IMG/VR virus record: IMGVR_UViG_3300017742_004322 | Location: 10,939 to 74,938 of that record | Reading direction: 5' to 3' (one strand) | DNA from: a virus | DNA length: 64,000 bases | Shown here: positions 9,287 to 20,253 of the stretch, one piece after another | Position numbering within the stretch: position 1 is the first letter of the stretch | How the letters are laid out: each line of letters begins with the position of its first letter | Notes under the pieces: model-generated | Database searches by the model: none | What the model was told of the DNA's origin: nothing | What the model saw: the letters and a program-made list of their open reading frames with translations, nothing else | Position numbers and translations under genes: made by a program

Positions 9287-10056
9287 TTAAATTTAGTTAA
9301 TAATTTAGAATTGGTTTGTGGATCATGTTCTATTGTTTGACCCCATTTATTTGAAAAAAAGTAATGTGCTTGTTTTTCTTTTTCACTACTAATTTGATTC
9401 ATTAAAGGATCTCTTCTAGTTGCTATACTACCAAAATGATATAAATGTAAATCATAAACTCTAACCATTTCAAAACCTACATATTCACACTTTAACATAA
9501 AATCCCAATCAACAACATGAGGTGAAGGATAATAAACATCTAACCCCCCAACAGCCATATAATCAGGTTTATACATTAAGAAAGGCCATTGTGATCCTGA
9601 TTTTTCATGAGGTGGGATAGGAAGTGATGCTTCGTATTCCCAGAAAGTTTTTAAATTGAAAGATTCTGGAGTCCCTAAATTTTTAATATGGGTTTGTTTA
9701 AACATTGAAGGTTGAGCTTCAATCTGGTTGATTGTAATTACTTTACCTTTTTGACAATATGGTTTTAATTTTGTATCCCAATGTTCAGGAAAAACATTAT
9801 CATCATTTACTATTAAAATAAAATCATTAGATGCATTATAAACTCCCCAATTTGTGGATGTAATAGCACCCTTATTATCATTAAAATTTACTATTTTAGT
9901 TTTAGGGTATTTATCTAATACTTGTTGGTTTAAATCTTTAAATCCATCAACTACCACAATAATTTCATTATCACCATCTTGACCCTTAAATATTGAATTT
10001 AAACAAATATCAAGTACATCTGGTTCTTTATATGTTGGGATTATAACTGAAATCAT
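9283..10056 (-). CDS. Glycosyltransferase family 2
   Basis: ISVIIPTY, VVVDG, NDD, DWDF, YH. Confidence 0.9.
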   Translation of the reverse strand: MISVIIPTYKEPDVLDICLNSIFKGQDGDNEIIVVVDGFKDLNQQVLDKYPKTKIVNFNDNKGAITSTNWGVYNASNDFILIVNDDNVFPEHWDTKLKPYCQKGKVITINQIEAQPSMFKQTHIKNLGTPESFNLKTFWEYEASLPIPPHEKSGSQWPFLMYKPDYMAVGGLDVYYPSPHVVDWDFMLKCEYVGFEMVRVYDLHLYHFGSIATRRDPLMNQISSEKEKQAHYFFSNKWGQTIEHDPQTNSKLLTKFK

Positions 10057-10679
10057 AAAGTATCGTAGTAAGCATTTTGTTTTTCTTGGCGTTCGATTGT
10101 TTTATTATGAATTAAAGCAAAATCTTCTTTTATAGGTAAAACAGCATGTGTAGCATGCCCAATAATTTTTTCATGTACCTCACCATGCCATCTAATACGT
10201 GGATCATTTCTATATAATCTCCACTGCATATCAGGCCAATTTACTCTACCTTTTTCATCAACTTTCCAACCCCATTTTTGAATATGGGCCTCAGTCAATC
10301 CTTCTACTTTATTAATACGTGGAACTCTCATTAAATCTACCCCTTGATTAATCTCTAACACTTGAGGGATTATCTTTATCATGTATTCATTAAGCATTTC
10401 GTCAGCATCAATCTGGAATATGTAATCGCCTTCACACATTCCATTTAAACGATTTTTCATGTCTGAAAAATTGCCATTGAATTTAAAAGGTTTCCATCTA
10501 AATAAGGTCCTTTCAACATTCATTTTACGTAAATAAGTTTCTACTCCAGGATCTCCATTTTTTGAATCATATAATACTACAATTTCATCTTCGGGGCGTT
10601 TGTTATCTAGTAAAAATTTAATTAAATGTTGAATTTCTACTAATTCATTACAAACAGGGATTGCATAACTTAATTTCAT
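10053..10679 (-). CDS. Glycosyltransferase family 2 (KdtX/WaaE-like)
   Basis: LSYAIPVCNE, IFQIDADE, RLYRN, VHE. Confidence 0.9.
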   Translation of the reverse strand: MKLSYAIPVCNELVEIQHLIKFLLDNKRPEDEIVVLYDSKNGDPGVETYLRKMNVERTLFRWKPFKFNGNFSDMKNRLNGMCEGDYIFQIDADEMLNEYMIKIIPQVLEINQGVDLMRVPRINKVEGLTEAHIQKWGWKVDEKGRVNWPDMQWRLYRNDPRIRWHGEVHEKIIGHATHAVLPIKEDFALIHNKTIERQEKQNAYYDTL

Positions 10680-10682
10680 ATT

Positions 10683-11138
10683 TTAATTTTCAAAAACACC
10701 AATATATTCTAAAGCATCCATAAAATCACTTTCAGGATAATATTTTATAGTAGTCATATCCATTTTAAATTCATAATCTTTACCTTTAGCTTTAAATGAT
10801 TCTTTCTCTTCTTTAGGCATAGGAACTGCTTTTACAGCGGACCACATCCACTTTTCAGCACTTTGACCCTCAGCAAATACCATTCCCTTATTTGGGATAT
10901 TTACAGTATTGGGCATCCAAATTAAACCTGTTTTTTCATCTTCACCTGATATTTCTTTATAAAGTTTAGGTAAAAGAGCAAATTGTTCTTCAAAAAATTG
11001 TTCATCTTTTTTCATTAATGAATTTGTAATGAAACCACAACCATAACACATATAGTTTTTAATCTCATTATTTACTTCTTGTACATAGCATGCGTCACTT
11101 CCACATCTATCACATATTGTTAAATTATCTACACTCAT
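10683..11138 (-). CDS. Zinc-ribbon hypothetical protein
   Basis: CDRC...CYGCG. Confidence 0.6.
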   Translation of the reverse strand: MSVDNLTICDRCGSDACYVQEVNNEIKNYMCYGCGFITNSLMKKDEQFFEEQFALLPKLYKEISGEDEKTGLIWMPNTVNIPNKGMVFAEGQSAEKWMWSAVKAVPMPKEEKESFKAKGKDYEFKMDMTTIKYYPESDFMDALEYIGVFEN

Positions 11139-12394
11139 AATGTTGGTAAGGTTAATTCTGGGATTGCTAATTCGATTTGTTTTGGGAATTCTGGGGCAAA
11201 AGCAGTAAGAAGATTATCTAATTTATCTTTCATACTTTCCCAATCAAAATTTGTTTTACTATAATGGGCCTGACGTTTTGCTAGTTCAGAATATTTTTTA
11301 TAATTTTCAAATACAGATTTTAATGATTTTGAAATATCCTTGTGGTCTGGGGAGAACCATTGGCTTTCTTTTAATAACATTGGGTTAGCAGCACTAGGAT
11401 GGACATTTTCTAGTTTACCATTAATTAATGTAGTAAATTTAGGATTAAGAAAATCCATATGACCACTCCATTTTGTTGCAATTAATGGTTTTTTAGTTAA
11501 AGTAAATTCTAATAAAGGTCTACCGAATCCCTCACCTTTAGTTAAACTAACCATAGCTTTAACTTTAGAATGATTATAAAGAGAATTCATTTCTTTATCT
11601 GTAAAATCACCGTGAAGTAAATATATGTTAGGAAGATTTCCCTTACAACTCTGTTTAATTACATGAATTTTTCTAAGAATCTCATTTTTATCCATGTAAG
11701 AACTATTAGCACCCGATGTTTTAAGAATTAATGCTGGTTGTTTAGATTTATTTTTAAAAGTCTCTAAAAAGGCCTTAACTAATAACCCAACATTTTTTCT
11801 ATCTTGGCCTATTTCCCCTTGTAACCAATGACCTACAAATAAGAAAGCAAATGATTCCTTAATATCAAAATCAATCATACATGGTTTATTATCTGGGAAG
11901 TAGGTGTCTAAATTAACTCCTTCAAATAACACTTCAATAGGTTTTTCAAGGCGAATAGAACTTATAGTTTTACCTGCTTTATCTTTCTTTTCCCAAACGG
12001 CATTCTTAAATGAGGTTTTAGAGTGTTCTGATGATACCAAATTTAAATTCATTCTGTTCATACCTTCAACCCATGCTCCATTTGCTAATGTAGTTTCAAT
12101 ACCTGCTGTAATTCCAATATTAAATTTTCCCATAGGTTGAAATTCATTAGGTACGGTTATCTGAGCCCAAAATTCAGGTTTATCGATTAATTCTTCATTT
12201 AAAATATGGTTATTTAAAAATTCCCATTCTGGATGATCATCGCAAAATCCAAATCTAGTGTTTCCCCAAGGTTGGGAAATTAATTTAACTTTATATTTAT
12301 CTGTTTTAATAATAGCTTTAACAACATCTCTACTACGAGCTCCATAACCAGAGTAAGTATCAAAAGGACAACTAATTAAAAATAAGGGTTTCAT
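11135..12394 (-). CDS. Glycosyltransferase, GT-B/GT4-like
   Basis: SGYG, RKN, GEGFGRPLLE. Confidence 0.9.
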   Translation of the reverse strand: MKPLFLISCPFDTYSGYGARSRDVVKAIIKTDKYKVKLISQPWGNTRFGFCDDHPEWEFLNNHILNEELIDKPEFWAQITVPNEFQPMGKFNIGITAGIETTLANGAWVEGMNRMNLNLVSSEHSKTSFKNAVWEKKDKAGKTISSIRLEKPIEVLFEGVNLDTYFPDNKPCMIDFDIKESFAFLFVGHWLQGEIGQDRKNVGLLVKAFLETFKNKSKQPALILKTSGANSSYMDKNEILRKIHVIKQSCKGNLPNIYLLHGDFTDKEMNSLYNHSKVKAMVSLTKGEGFGRPLLEFTLTKKPLIATKWSGHMDFLNPKFTTLINGKLENVHPSAANPMLLKESQWFSPDHKDISKSLKSVFENYKKYSELAKRQAHYSKTNFDWESMKDKLDNLLTAFAPEFPKQIELAIPELTLPTL

Positions 12395-13821
12395 TAATAT
12401 AATAATTTATGTGGAACAGTTTCTATTTTATACTCATTAGTATTAATAAATTCAAATTTTTCTCTTGGTTGGAAATCTTCAAATGTTTTATCAATACTTT
12501 TGATTACACGTTGAGCTTGATGTTTAGCAGTAAAACCTGCTTCATCTCCTATTGCCCATTTATAACCTTTCATCCCTGATTTTTTTCGTTGTTCAGGGGA
12601 CATTTTATAAAGCTTCATAATTTGTTTAGAAGCATCTTCGGGATCACAAGTATCATCCCAAATATAAGGAGTTTTAGGAGAACCTTTTAAAGAACGTGAT
12701 GAGGGGTAAACAGGATAAGCCCATTTACCATGTTTTTTATAAGTACCTCTATGATTAGAAGGAAAATTAGAATCAAAGTCAATCCAATTTCCATTTTTAT
12801 CTTCAAATCTCATTTGATCTTGCATACCACCTGTTACATTAGCAATTATAGGAGTGCCTGTTAGTAAGGCTTCAGTAAGAGATAAACCCCAACCTTCGTT
12901 TGAGGTTAATAAAATCTGAGCATCTGCTAAATTATATAGGTAATTTAGATGTTGAGCTGATAATTTATTAGTAGAAAATCTAATATGAGGGCTATTCTCT
13001 CCAAAAATTAAGTTAGCTATTGCAGAAAGATCTGTACCATGATCACTAACTAATTCTGTATGAAGTATGAATACACATTTATCTGCTTTTTCTTTAGGTA
13101 ATTCATCTAAAAAATACTTCCAAGATAACATTGTATCTGGGATGTTTTTACGTCTGATGTTTCTAGAATTAAAGAATAAAATAAAATCTTTATCTTCAAC
13201 ATTTAATTGTTTTTTAAATGTAGTAAATTCTAAATCTTCTACTATAATAGGATGAAAAACTTCGGTATTCATACCATGAGGTACATAATCAATAATTTTA
13301 GTTTTAGCTTTATCCCCCAAAACCATTTTATTGATGTTAACTGTTTGCTTAGAAATACCTAATAGTGTATCAACGGATTCATAAAATCCCTTATTATACA
13401 TAGGAGCAGGTAAATCATCCCAAATATTTAAATAGATAATAGGAATTTCATTTCTAACCTCATTTTCAATTTGGAACAACCACTCAAAGTAACGTGGATC
13501 TGTAATTAAAAATATAGCATCAATTTTATGTTGCTTTCTTAAGTTACGTAAAATTTTAGGATCCCCATAACCATCATTTGGTTGAATTTTAACACTAGCA
13601 TCTTTAATTCCTGCTAATTTATTAGTTTCTTCCGAAATATCAATTATTTTACCTTTATCAGGGTGATTCATTGCTGCCCCTAAGTTAAACCAATTATAAC
13701 GGTGGGATGTATGTAAAACTATTTCTTTACCTACATTGCCTACACCTGATGGGAATCTGATATCATCAGTAAGCAACAAAATATTTTTCCGTTGCTCTTT
13801 AGGAATATAACCTTCTTTCAT
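12394..13821 (-). CDS. Glycosyltransferase, GT-B/GT4-like
   Basis: SGVG, VPHG, RNIRRK, EGWGLSLTEA. Confidence 0.9.
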   Translation of the reverse strand: MKEGYIPKEQRKNILLLTDDIRFPSGVGNVGKEIVLHTSHRYNWFNLGAAMNHPDKGKIIDISEETNKLAGIKDASVKIQPNDGYGDPKILRNLRKQHKIDAIFLITDPRYFEWLFQIENEVRNEIPIIYLNIWDDLPAPMYNKGFYESVDTLLGISKQTVNINKMVLGDKAKTKIIDYVPHGMNTEVFHPIIVEDLEFTTFKKQLNVEDKDFILFFNSRNIRRKNIPDTMLSWKYFLDELPKEKADKCVFILHTELVSDHGTDLSAIANLIFGENSPHIRFSTNKLSAQHLNYLYNLADAQILLTSNEGWGLSLTEALLTGTPIIANVTGGMQDQMRFEDKNGNWIDFDSNFPSNHRGTYKKHGKWAYPVYPSSRSLKGSPKTPYIWDDTCDPEDASKQIMKLYKMSPEQRKKSGMKGYKWAIGDEAGFTAKHQAQRVIKSIDKTFEDFQPREKFEFINTNEYKIETVPHKLLY

Positions 13822-13825
13822 TTAC

Positions 13826-14014
13826 TTAAAGTTCTAAGTTGTTGTGATTATTTATTTTTTTTCTAAAATCTTCATTTGTAAGATATAAATGAATAGCGCG
13901 GTCGGCAAGTTTCTGGAAAGAGAACTTACGTTTTACACACTCAATTTTAAATTCGTTGAATAAATCACTTTTGATTTTAACACTTGTAAGTGTTTTTTTA
14001 TCTGTACTAGCCAT
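13826..14014 (-). CDS. Ribbon-helix-helix-like small DNA-binding protein
   Basis: LTSVKI strand followed by two helices. Confidence 0.55.
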   Translation of the reverse strand: MASTDKKTLTSVKIKSDLFNEFKIECVKRKFSFQKLADRAIHLYLTNEDFRKKINNHNNLEL

Positions 14015-14049
14015 AACGTTATTTATTATATTTTTATATACGTATATTA

Positions 14050-14994
14050 TTATCCTTCAAAAGTCGCAGAACATAAATGTGTTTTGAAGTAAGAACACCA
14101 TTTACAATTATTATTAATTAGAGCAGGCATATTCTTCTCATTATACCCCTCAGATGTAAAACAATTATCTAAAAATTCATTTAGTGATTTTGTTGCTCTA
14201 TTAATTGAAGTTTTACCTGAGGGGGGTCTGAATTGTTGGATACGTTTTATTACAAAATCTTGTGATTCATATAACTTACGTTTTACAATAAAGAACTCAA
14301 TATCAATATCATCTATTGGGATATTATATTGTTGAGAAAAGAATTTTTTATATAGAACTAACTGATGTTGCTTTGATTTGTCTTTTTTAGCTTTATCATT
14401 CCACCCTCGTGTCGAGGTTTTTATATCGATTATAATGAATTTATTTGTATTTTCATTATACATCACGACATCAAGGAAGCCCATGTATTTAACGCGTGGT
14501 AAATGCGGATTTGGCGCCAATACAATTGGTATTTCACAACCTACTAACCACCAACCACGTTTAGAAAAATAATTTCTTCTATTTTTTCTAATATAATTTA
14601 TAATTTCAACACCGTCGGAATAGAATTCTCGAAGTGTTTGGGCGTCAGTAAAATGCTCTCCTTTATTTTGTTTATAAGCTTCTGCATAACAATCTCTTAA
14701 TCGGGTTTCAAAATCTGTTTCTAAATCTAACTCATCAGCTTTTACTGCACTTTGATTATACATAACATCAAGGTACATTTGCAATGTCTCATGTAATGCA
14801 GTCCCAAAAGTCATATGAATGCTTTGTTCCTTTATTTTATGACCATCTCTATATTGTAGAGCCCATTTTTTAGGACACTGTGTATACATTGATAGCTGGG
14901 AGTATGAGATATTTTTCTCATAAGCAAAATCAACCGGTTTAGGTGGATTATTTTTTATATTCCTAACTATTTGAGGAGCTTTTTTCTTAGCCAT
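14050..14994 (-). CDS. PD-(D/E)XK (RecB/Cas4-like) nuclease
   Basis: SYSQL..C, GTALH, E..GFLD, IIDIKT, QLxLY, CKWC...C. Confidence 0.9.
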   Translation of the reverse strand: MAKKKAPQIVRNIKNNPPKPVDFAYEKNISYSQLSMYTQCPKKWALQYRDGHKIKEQSIHMTFGTALHETLQMYLDVMYNQSAVKADELDLETDFETRLRDCYAEAYKQNKGEHFTDAQTLREFYSDGVEIINYIRKNRRNYFSKRGWWLVGCEIPIVLAPNPHLPRVKYMGFLDVVMYNENTNKFIIIDIKTSTRGWNDKAKKDKSKQHQLVLYKKFFSQQYNIPIDDIDIEFFIVKRKLYESQDFVIKRIQQFRPPSGKTSINRATKSLNEFLDNCFTSEGYNEKNMPALINNNCKWCSYFKTHLCSATFEG

Positions 14995-15823
14995 TATCTT
15001 TAATTACTAAATAAGACACTGGGTCTTCGTTATAAAGAGTATAATTTAGATCAGTAAAATATTTTTCTATACTTGTTTTATCTTTATTAGATAAGTTGTT
15101 ATGTTCAAATATAATAAAATTAGGTAATAACTCCACGTTTATTGCTTTAAGTATTTCAGCATCATACCCTTCAATATCTAAATGTAGCCAATCTAATTTT
15201 TTATTTGGGGTAATTTGATTTATTAAATCATTAATTGAAATAGAGTCACGTAAATTGGAATTAATTTCTTCTTTTTCCCAACTTCTAATTACATTTTCTT
15301 TAACAGAATTAGTATAACCCTTACCTCCTTCAAAAAATTCTACTTTAGAACCATCTGTAGTAACTAGATTTTGAATCAAATTTACGTTAGAGAGATTTTG
15401 GTAATTTTTTTTAAGTTTTTTAAATTGAGGGGTTGATGCTTCTACTAAAGTTGTTTTAGTAAAATTACCTAAAGTAGGTAAAACCCATTCTCCAAACTCA
15501 CCATCATGAGAGCCTATTGCTAAACCTTGGGGGTTATTTAAGTTTTGGCAGTACATCTGTAGTGCTTTGTCTAAATAACTTCCATCTTCTAAAATATTAA
15601 ATTCCCTATTAATAACAATTTTACCTTTAGAATCCTTTATTTCAATATCAAAAATAGAATCATTAGAAAAAGTTGCCCAGCTGTAGTCCCCCAATTGACA
15701 GTTCCATGTAGTTTCTTTACTAACATGAGATTTAACATTTAAAGTTAAAGGTAAATTATGTAGCATAGAAACTTGTTTAGTTTCTACTCTTATATTTGGG
15801 TGATTATATTGAATATTAATCAT
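14987..15823 (-). CDS. FkbM-family methyltransferase with N-terminal extension
   Basis: IGSHDG, LVEA, LHLDIEGYD, IIFE. Confidence 0.8.
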   Translation of the reverse strand: MINIQYNHPNIRVETKQVSMLHNLPLTLNVKSHVSKETTWNCQLGDYSWATFSNDSIFDIEIKDSKGKIVINREFNILEDGSYLDKALQMYCQNLNNPQGLAIGSHDGEFGEWVLPTLGNFTKTTLVEASTPQFKKLKKNYQNLSNVNLIQNLVTTDGSKVEFFEGGKGYTNSVKENVIRSWEKEEINSNLRDSISINDLINQITPNKKLDWLHLDIEGYDAEILKAINVELLPNFIIFEHNNLSNKDKTSIEKYFTDLNYTLYNEDPVSYLVIKDNG

Positions 15824-15840
15824 TAAATTATTTAATCGGT

Positions 15841-15871
15841 AAATATACGAAAGGATTCTCGGGTAACCAAA
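15841..15871 (-). promoter_or_regulatory. Phage promoter
   Basis: TTTGG-N15-TTCG-TATATTT. Confidence 0.8.
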
Positions 15872-15872
15872 T

Positions 15873-16412
15873 TTATAATTGTATTTGTTTTACTCCAAAA
15901 TCTTTTCTTTGAGTTTTTGAAATAAAACCTTTTGTTTCTTTTAAAATAGAGTATGGAATATCTAAATAATCTGTTTTTAAATTTTGTTTTTGAATATTCC
16001 AATAATGTTTTTTCATTAATGAATTTCTTTCAAATTTATCAACTTCATCACCATATATAGTTCTGTATTTGTTTTTTTCAACATTAAACCAATGAGGATG
16101 CCAATCAATTCTATCTTCACTTTTAGCAATATCTTTATTATCTCTATCCATCCACAAAATGATAGTATTTTGGGATTGGATTTGGTCTAAAACATGGGAT
16201 ACAGCAGGACATTGTACTACAATATTTTCTTGAGAAAGAACATTTAAAAATCCTTCTGCAGTATGAGTACCAAATTCTTGTTCATCAATATGTTTATATT
16301 CTAAATCTTGAGATAAAGTAAAAGCTGCATAAGTAGTACCTGATCTTTGAGGTCCTGAGACTATTATTCTTGAGTAGGAATGTAATTTGGATATTAAGTC
16401 ATTATAGGTCAT
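15873..16412 (-). CDS. P-loop sulfotransferase/kinase-like protein
   Basis: IIVSGPQRSGTT; R...S second motif. Confidence 0.65.
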   Translation of the reverse strand: MTYNDLISKLHSYSRIIVSGPQRSGTTYAAFTLSQDLEYKHIDEQEFGTHTAEGFLNVLSQENIVVQCPAVSHVLDQIQSQNTIILWMDRDNKDIAKSEDRIDWHPHWFNVEKNKYRTIYGDEVDKFERNSLMKKHYWNIQKQNLKTDYLDIPYSILKETKGFISKTQRKDFGVKQIQL

Positions 16413-17341
16413 AGGTCTTCAAAATAATTTAAATTTCTCCATTCAGGAGTATTAATAAATAAAAGTTCATCATCTACATAATATTTTTCATCTTCTATAG
16501 ATTCAAGTTTATATGCAGTTAATTCTTTAGGAAAATATTCTGATTTAAGATTAGAACTTAAAAAATTATGTGGAATTATATTTGAATTTTTATCTTGAAT
16601 ACTTAAGGTTAAGTTATCTGTGATTATTAGAATATTATTAGAAGATTTATCAAACCCTAAATAGTAGTTTCCAGATTTAAATTTATAGTTAGAACTAGCA
16701 CTATCAAATGTAGTAGGGATTGCATCAGATTTAGGGAGGATTTGGACTTGCTTTAAATATAGAGATAAAGATGAGTACCAATACTGTTCACATAGTGTAG
16801 GAAGTTCTCTTTTTAAATATAATTCTAAACTATTTTCAAATACTTCTATAAAGAAGTCTATTTCACTAGCACAATTAGTACTACTTAAAGAATCTTCCCA
16901 CCCTAACTCATACTCAGTAAATGTAGCTTTTTTATCTTTTAATATTGATAAACTTTTATCTATATAATTTTTAATAAGATCATAATCTGGGAGAGAATCA
17001 TATCCTAAATAGATAAAATGGGTATAACCTAAATTTTTTAAGTTTTTAACACCGTTTAATAATAATAACATAAAGGAATAAGTCCAATTTGGGATAATTT
17101 GATGATGTGTCTTTCTAATTGGGGGAAAGGTTAGCCATACGTTACCTAAAAAAGGACCAGGTGGATTATTATTATAAAAAAATGAACCTTTAAACTTTTT
17201 TTGAGTATCTGATTTAGGAGGATAGTTAGTAACTAAGTAATGGTCTATTTTATACTGAGAAATAAAGTTTCCAAAATTTTGTAAAATTTGTTCTTTTTCA
17301 TCTGTATTAGGATGAGATGTAATTAAAATTGCTGGTTTCAT
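16409..17341 (-). CDS. Divergent GT-A-fold-like protein (paralog of 5114-6100)
   Basis: AILITSHPNT..., NLGYTHFIYLGYD. Confidence 0.45.
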   Translation of the reverse strand: MKPAILITSHPNTDEKEQILQNFGNFISQYKIDHYLVTNYPPKSDTQKKFKGSFFYNNNPPGPFLGNVWLTFPPIRKTHHQIIPNWTYSFMLLLLNGVKNLKNLGYTHFIYLGYDSLPDYDLIKNYIDKSLSILKDKKATFTEYELGWEDSLSSTNCASEIDFFIEVFENSLELYLKRELPTLCEQYWYSSLSLYLKQVQILPKSDAIPTTFDSASSNYKFKSGNYYLGFDKSSNNILIITDNLTLSIQDKNSNIIPHNFLSSNLKSEYFPKELTAYKLESIEDEKYYVDDELLFINTPEWRNLNYFEDL

Positions 17342-18123
17342 TATGTGTTAGTTTTACTATACCCTTCATCTATATTAGCACACGTAATATGGTCTATAAA
17401 TAAAGCAGGTTTATATTTACCTTCTATCATTTCTTCTCTAATTCTTAACCACCAATCAGCATCTCCCACAGAACTTTTTCCAGTTTCTTCTAAACAATCT
17501 CTCATTCTTAACTTAATTAACCTACAATCTAAACAAACTGAGGTTTTAAGGAAAATACATTCATAAGGAAAGCAAGCATACCCGTTAAAACCATAATTTA
17601 ATTTAATAGGATTATCTACATTAACACGTAATTGTTCGAATTTTTCAGATTCATACCCATGGTAAGGTATACCTACACTTATTCCATTAGAAACTTCATA
17701 AAATCCTCTAGTAAAGATAAATGGGGATTTAGTTTTTTTAATTCCTTCATTTATTAATTGTAAATGGTCAGGATACCAAAGATCATCATGATCTAATAGA
17801 GCTATATAATCAAAACCTTCTTCTAAAGCACGTTCTATACCTATGTTTACAGGGGTAATTCCACTAACATGCCATCTATCAGTGCCTGGAGGGTATTTTT
17901 CACGTTCTATACTTACTGGGAGGTTTTCTGTATAAATTTTATTAGAAGGTAGAAGATTAGAAAAAGAATTAAATTCATTTTGATCTGCATAAGCATCTCC
18001 TATAAGGAAAAACTTCCAATCAGTGTGGGCTTGTTTTTTTAAAGATTCAATAGCTCGAGTTAATACTAATGGGGTATTACCGTCACCTCGTTGATAAGTA
18101 GCTGTTACAACTGCTATTTTCAT
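17341..18123 (-). CDS. Glycosyltransferase family 2
   Basis: VVTATY, IGD, ALLDHDDLW.PDHL, DADWW. Confidence 0.85.
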   Translation of the reverse strand: MKIAVVTATYQRGDGNTPLVLTRAIESLKKQAHTDWKFFLIGDAYADQNEFNSFSNLLPSNKIYTENLPVSIEREKYPPGTDRWHVSGITPVNIGIERALEEGFDYIALLDHDDLWYPDHLQLINEGIKKTKSPFIFTRGFYEVSNGISVGIPYHGYESEKFEQLRVNVDNPIKLNYGFNGYACFPYECIFLKTSVCLDCRLIKLRMRDCLEETGKSSVGDADWWLRIREEMIEGKYKPALFIDHITCANIDEGYSKTNT

Positions 18124-18731
18124 ATCATATCGTAATTAAACCTTTTAAAATCTTCTTCATATAACGTATTAATTAGATTAATATTTTTCGAAGATAAATT
18201 ATTTAAAATTTGGTTACTATTAGTTTTATTATCATGTTGGCCTTTATATTTTATAGCAATATTATATTTAGTTAGAAAGTTAGTAAAATCTTCTTTAAAG
18301 TTTTCTACTTTACCTATAAAGTCATAATCACAATCAAAATAAAAACTTTGAGGTAATTTATGTGATGAGTCTAGTTTTGAGATAAAACTTACTAAAAAAT
18401 TTTCAAATTCTCTATTAGTAAATTTATTATCAAATTTAGGTTTATAATAATTCTGTTTTAAATTCCAATTAAATAAAGAAATAGTTCTAGAATAAGGATT
18501 TCTAACAAAGGTAAACTTAATCATTTTAGAAAAGTCTATATTAGTATAATACTTATTAAGTAAACTATAATTTAAATGTTGGGGGGCAAAATTACCCTCA
18601 TCTAAAACTAATTCACTTCCTGACCATAAGCTGCTAGGATTACTATACATAGAGAAAATATTTTCAATAGTTGTACCAGCATTTTTAGGAATATGGATAA
18701 ATAGTAAATTATATTTTTGGTTTATAGGCAT
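18120..18731 (-). CDS. Sulfotransferase family 2 protein
   Basis: FIHIPKNAGTTI, FVRNPYSR..S, YEEDFKRFNY. Confidence 0.9.
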   Translation of the reverse strand: MPINQKYNLLFIHIPKNAGTTIENIFSMYSNPSSLWSGSELVLDEGNFAPQHLNYSLLNKYYTNIDFSKMIKFTFVRNPYSRTISLFNWNLKQNYYKPKFDNKFTNREFENFLVSFISKLDSSHKLPQSFYFDCDYDFIGKVENFKEDFTNFLTKYNIAIKYKGQHDNKTNSNQILNNLSSKNINLINTLYEEDFKRFNYDMI

Positions 18732-19171
18732 TATTTATAGTTTACTACATAATCGCTACAAACCCCAAATGTTTTTTCATTTGGTTCTTGATTAAAGGTT
18801 TCAGGCATTACTAAAACCGCTCGTTCACATTGGTTTGTTGACCAAATATACCCTTTTGAAGTTAAAACTCCAAGGTCACCTTCATGAAAAAAATAATTTA
18901 ATTTAGAGCCATTACTATCTAAGTTATTTAATTGAGAAAGAGATTCTAAGTTTTTACAATGAATCCAGAGTTTAGTATAAAAATTACTAAATAAATCAAA
19001 AGGAAAATCATATTGAGGTTCATCATGACCCAATTTAAATTTCCCATCTACAAACCAAATATCAATTTCTACGTCATACCCAGCTTGGATAGCTTCATAA
19101 ATATAATCTGGGTGGTTTTCTCTTTCTGGATTAGGACCTTCTAGGTTTCCTCTATGTGATATTAATTTCAT
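18731..19171 (-). CDS. GDPD/PI-PLC-like phosphodiesterase
   Basis: ISHRGN, EN, VEID, GHD, WIHCKN, CSD. Confidence 0.8.
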   Translation of the reverse strand: MKLISHRGNLEGPNPERENHPDYIYEAIQAGYDVEIDIWFVDGKFKLGHDEPQYDFPFDLFSNFYTKLWIHCKNLESLSQLNNLDSNGSKLNYFFHEGDLGVLTSKGYIWSTNQCERAVLVMPETFNQEPNEKTFGVCSDYVVNYK

Positions 19172-20253
19172 AATTCTATATTTTTAAAACCTTCGTTGGT
19201 TATAACGTTGATTCCTATTGCTCTATCAGTATGTGCTACATTTAATTTATCGTTAATTAAAACGCGTTGTCCACTAGTAACTCCCATAATTAATATGTCC
19301 CAACATAACCCTAACATTTGTAAATGGGATTCAGTCATTTCACGAGCAGATTCTTTACGAGCAGTACACAAAATAATTTTATGGCCTTGAGAATCCCATT
19401 GATTAAATTTCTCTCTAACATCTGGAAGTAATACAGGTTTAGTATCTTTTAAATCACTAAATCTATGAGCGTGTTTTACTAAGGTACCATCTATATCACA
19501 GAATATAGTTTTAGGTTTTTCAGTATGGAATTCTTTTACTTTACCCTCATAAATTTTTAGATCATAGGGAGTACCTAATGGAATATATTCATTAGCTGAG
19601 ATATGATAGTTTTTAATATTAGCTCCTTTATAAAGTAAGTAGTTATATGTTTCTGATATATAACATTCAGGTCTGCCTTCTTCTTCAAAATCCCCTAAGA
19701 GCATTTCAGCTGTTTCTACAAACATATACCCTTCTCTCCAATAGTGGACTCCAATTAAAGCTATATCTGATACTGCTTTCTTTTCAACTAGTTTTACAAC
19801 TTGATCATCTTCTACTATAGCAAAACTATTTTTAGGATTAGTAGAAGGGTAGGTAACTATTACTCCTTCAATAGTAGGGTTAGAAATAAATTCATTAAAT
19901 TTAGAAGCATCCCAATCTGTAATTTGGTCACAATTAGTAATAATAAGAGGTTCATTATTATTAATATATTGTTTAGCTGCTAAAGCAGTTTCAGTAGCAC
20001 CCTTAGTAGGTTCGTTTAATTGGATTTCAATACTATTAGGTTGAATTTCATTTAAACGTTTAGTTAAAAGTACATTATGCTCAGGGTTATCATATTTACG
20101 AGTTATAAAAATATATTTTCCTTGAACCCCTAATGTTGAAATTGAATGTTCAATAAGTGTTTTACCATTAGTTTCAATTAATGGTTTAGGTAATGTAAAA
20201 CCTTCATTAAAAAATCGAGTTCCTAAACCCGCCATTGGTATAACTATATTCAT
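19168..20253 (-). CDS. NTP-transferase fused to C-terminal HAD domain
   Basis: IPMAGLGTRF...PKPLI, NCD, LGTP; DIDGT, TAR, IND. Confidence 0.85.
   Translation of the reverse strand: MNIVIPMAGLGTRFFNEGFTLPKPLIETNGKTLIEHSISTLGVQGKYIFITRKYDNPEHNVLLTKRLNEIQPNSIEIQLNEPTKGATETALAAKQYINNNEPLIITNCDQITDWDASKFNEFISNPTIEGVIVTYPSTNPKNSFAIVEDDQVVKLVEKKAVSDIALIGVHYWREGYMFVETAEMLLGDFEEEGRPECYISETYNYLLYKGANIKNYHISANEYIPLGTPYDLKIYEGKVKEFHTEKPKTIFCDIDGTLVKHAHRFSDLKDTKPVLLPDVREKFNQWDSQGHKIILCTARKESAREMTESHLQMLGLCWDILIMGVTSGQRVLINDKLNVAHTDRAIGINVITNEGFKNIEL

Noticed and set aside
14050-14994. Cas4 as part of a CRISPR system
   Set aside because: Solo PD-(D/E)XK nuclease common in phages; no cas genes or array in the window
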